A stretch of DNA of 41,310 nt from a virus. A program made the position numbers and the translations under genes. Below, piece by piece: positions 39,783 through 41,310 of this stretch. Within the stretch, counting starts at the first letter, position 1. Every line of letters begins with the position of its first letter. The notes beneath the pieces were generated by a model that ran no database searches, was not told the DNA's origin, and saw only the letters and a program-made list of their open reading frames with translations. The DNA lies in the IMG/VR virus record IMGVR_UViG_3300045988_126245, positions 1 through 41,310 of that record, one strand, 5' to 3'.

Positions 39783-39791
39783 GTATGAATC
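39783..39791 (-). promoter_or_regulatory. Candidate late promoter -10 (ATGTATAAT) without a recognisable -35.
   Basis: rc of attatacat, about 55 nt upstream of the terS ATG. Three AATCTA(G/A) repeats lie in the leader. Confidence 0.4.
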
Positions 39792-39889
39792 AATTATACA
39801 TTCCAGGGTTTCCGAAAAGGGGGCTTTTCGAAATTTATTTTAAAATATTTCCCTCAATCTTTTTCGACATGTGTCTAATATCTTAGATG

Positions 39890-39936
39890 GAAAAGAGGCC
39901 CGGAAGGGGGGTATGCTGCCCCTCTCCAGGCCTCTT
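39890..39936 (-). terminator. Intrinsic terminator after the RHH gene.
   Basis: Minus strand reads AGAGGCCTGGAGAGGGGCAGCATACCCCCCTTCCGGGCCTCT followed by TTTTCC. Confidence 0.65.
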
Positions 39937-39980
39937 GTGTTGCTCTCTGCGGGGCATTATACCTGCCCCTTGTCTGTTCC

Positions 39981-40208
39981 CTACTCTTGCTCTTTCTGCT
40001 GTCCTGGCGCAGTCTTTGCCTGCTCTACGTAGTCCTCCATTGCTCTCCGCAGCACAGCGTTAACGGGATCCCCTCGCAGCTTGCAGGCAACGCGGAACTC
40101 CTCCAGCAGCTCCCGCCGAACCTTAACCGTTTGATATGCCATATGCTCCGCATCCCATTTATCGTTGCTGGCCCTCTTTGCTGCAGATACCTTGCGTTCC
40201 TCGTTCAT
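39981..40208 (-). CDS. Ribbon-helix-helix (CopG/Arc-like) DNA-binding protein.
   Basis: AKRASNDKWDAEHMAYQTVKVRRELLEEFRVACKLRGDPVNAVLRRAMEDYV, which fits a beta-alpha-alpha pattern. Confidence 0.72.
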   Translation of the reverse strand: MNEERKVSAAKRASNDKWDAEHMAYQTVKVRRELLEEFRVACKLRGDPVNAVLRRAMEDYVEQAKTAPGQQKEQE

Positions 40209-40312
40209 CGGATCACCTCCAATTCTAATTACTATGGTACATAGTGCTCAGCACGTTGTAAAGTGTATATTTTGCACAAAACGCAGCCCCACCTTTTGGT
40301 CAGTATCATGGC

Positions 40313-40342
40313 TTGACTTTGCACGTTACAACGTGCTATCAT
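40313..40342 (+). promoter_or_regulatory. Promoter of the accessory operon, with a palindromic operator in the spacer.
   Basis: TTGACT 40313-40318, 18-nt spacer, TATCAT 40337-40342. GCACGTT-AC-AACGTGC lies at 40321-40336. An extra half-site GCACGTTGTAA lies at 40251-40261. Confidence 0.55.
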
Positions 40343-40401
40343 AAAGCCAAGCTAAACGACAGCCAACCAAGAAAGGCCAGCAGGCCGGAAAGGAGAAAGC
40401 A

Positions 40402-40602
40402 ATGAAAGTCGTTATCGAGGAACTTGAAAATTACAGAGGTCGCACCGAGCAGCGCTTCCTCATCATGCAGCGCCTAAAGAATAGAAATGGTCTCAACCAC
40501 ATCTTCCCCGGCAAGACCTTTACTAAGGAAGACGCAATCAGGGTTTGCGAATCCAAAGGTTGGAGCATCGAGGCTATCGGTGGTTTCTATGAGATCGTCT
40601 GA
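40402..40602 (+). CDS. Hypothetical protein (66 aa).
   Basis: ORF track. RBS aaaggagaaagca. Confidence 0.6.
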   Translation: MKVVIEELENYRGRTEQRFLIMQRLKNRNGLNHIFPGKTFTKEDAIRVCESKGWSIEAIGGFYEIV

Positions 40603-40681
40603 TCCCATAAGATTTAAAGGTTCTGGCGGGGCACCCTCAAAAGCCCCACCCCACCAAAAAATAGTGAGAGGAGAACACCCC

Positions 40682-41185
40682 ATGAAATACTTCGAGAATA
40701 TCAAGACCCTGGACGAGCTCAAGAAGGCCTATCGCCGTCTGGCCATGCAGTACCACCCAGACTGTGGCGGCAGCACCGAGGCCATGCAGGAGATCAATAG
40801 AGAGCATGACACGCTCTTCGAAATCCTCAAGTGCCGACACAACGCCCAGGCCCAGGCCGACACCACCGGCAAGACCAAAGCCACCACCGAGACCGCCGAA
40901 GAGTTCCGCCAAATCCTGGACATCCTGCTCCGCCTTGACGGCCTGGAGATTGAGCTCTGCGGGTCCTGGCTCTGGATCGGTGGCAACACCAAAGCCAACA
41001 AGGACAAGCTCAAGGCAGCTGGCTGCAAGTGGTCCAAGAGCAAGGGCAAATGGTACTGGCACCACGCCGAGGCCGGTTCCCGCTGGTATCGTGGCAAGTC
41101 CTCCATGGCGGAAATCCGCACCAAGTACGGCAGTCAGGCATTCCGCTCCCGTGGATCCCAGGACATCGAAACCGCTACAGCGTAA
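40682..41185 (+). CDS. J-domain (DnaJ-like) protein.
   Basis: ATG after gagaggagaacacccc. Contains LDELKKAYRRLAMQYHPDCGGS (HPD motif). The C-terminal region is rich in W and K: WLWIGGNTKANKDKLKAAGCKWSKSKGKWYW. Confidence 0.85.
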   Translation: MKYFENIKTLDELKKAYRRLAMQYHPDCGGSTEAMQEINREHDTLFEILKCRHNAQAQADTTGKTKATTETAEEFRQILDILLRLDGLEIELCGSWLWIGGNTKANKDKLKAAGCKWSKSKGKWYWHHAEAGSRWYRGKSSMAEIRTKYGSQAFRSRGSQDIETATA

Positions 41186-41255
41186 GGAGGCAGTAGGACA
41201 TGAAAAGCAGGGACTCACCCAACAGCCGAAACCCCTTCGGGGGTCCACTGGAACC

Positions 41256-41310
41256 GCCCCACCAGTGCTGACGATGGCAGGGCAGAAAGGAAAAGAAAAT
41301 GAACGAGCAA
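41256..41310. repeat. Terminal direct repeat, copy 2. Identical to 1-55.
   Basis: Read directly. Confidence 0.95.

Noticed and set aside
41210-41278. A 22-aa ORF (MKSRDSPNSRNPFGGPLEPPHQC) with an AGGAGG RBS just before the circle junction.
   Set aside because: It is too short and compositionally unremarkable to call without conservation or ribosome-profiling support.

Overview
The first 55 bp (1-55) are identical to the last 55 bp (41256-41310). The window is therefore one closed circular molecule of about 41,255 bp, and its gene content identifies it as a temperate phage or excised prophage. Shine-Dalgarno usage and the protein types suggest a fairly GC-rich Firmicutes or Clostridia-type host, but that is inference only.

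Layout:
- Lysogeny module, minus strand: tyrosine integrase (1463-2575), LexA/CI-type S24 repressor (3013-3660) and a small membrane protein downstream of it.
- Switch region: divergent from the repressor, with a Cro-like gene and three copies of a TCCAGTT-A-AACTGGA type operator.
- Early and replication operon, plus strand, about 3.8-14.9 kb: P-loop ATPase, DUF669-like protein, replisome organiser, G39P-like loader, MazF/PemK-like protein, dCTP deaminase, many small Cys-rich proteins, RuvC-like resolvase and an HNH/NUMOD4 homing-endonuclease-like gene.
- Late operon, minus strand, 39.7 to 15.0 kb: terS, a 1.1-kb RNA-rich gap, terL, portal, an embedded lysis cassette, scaffold, major capsid, a 740-aa tail protein, a collagen-like fibre, and 475-aa and 2267-aa virion proteins. 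I recognised no tail tube or tape measure, so the particle looks podovirus-like.
- Accessory operon, plus strand, crossing the circle junction (40.3 kb to 1.25 kb): apparently RHH-controlled, encoding a J-domain protein and AT-rich small genes.

Most unusual features:
- A self-contained promoter / repeat-spacer-repeat / terminator unit at 1083-1249. Its repeats look like type I-E CRISPR repeats, so it is either a phage mini-array or an RNA anti-CRISPR-like decoy.
- The terS-terL gap, which holds one canonical tRNA-Met(CAT), three truncated tRNA-like elements and a heavily structured RNA.
- A 90-aa stand-alone protein with the NrdD C-terminal glycyl-radical motif, translationally coupled to the endolysin.
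- An in-frame TAG that splits a virion-region gene.
- An orphan MazF-like gene.
- A poly-C(10) tract inside an AT-rich cassette downstream of the tail fibre gene.

All protein family calls come from motif recognition by eye. No database search was run.
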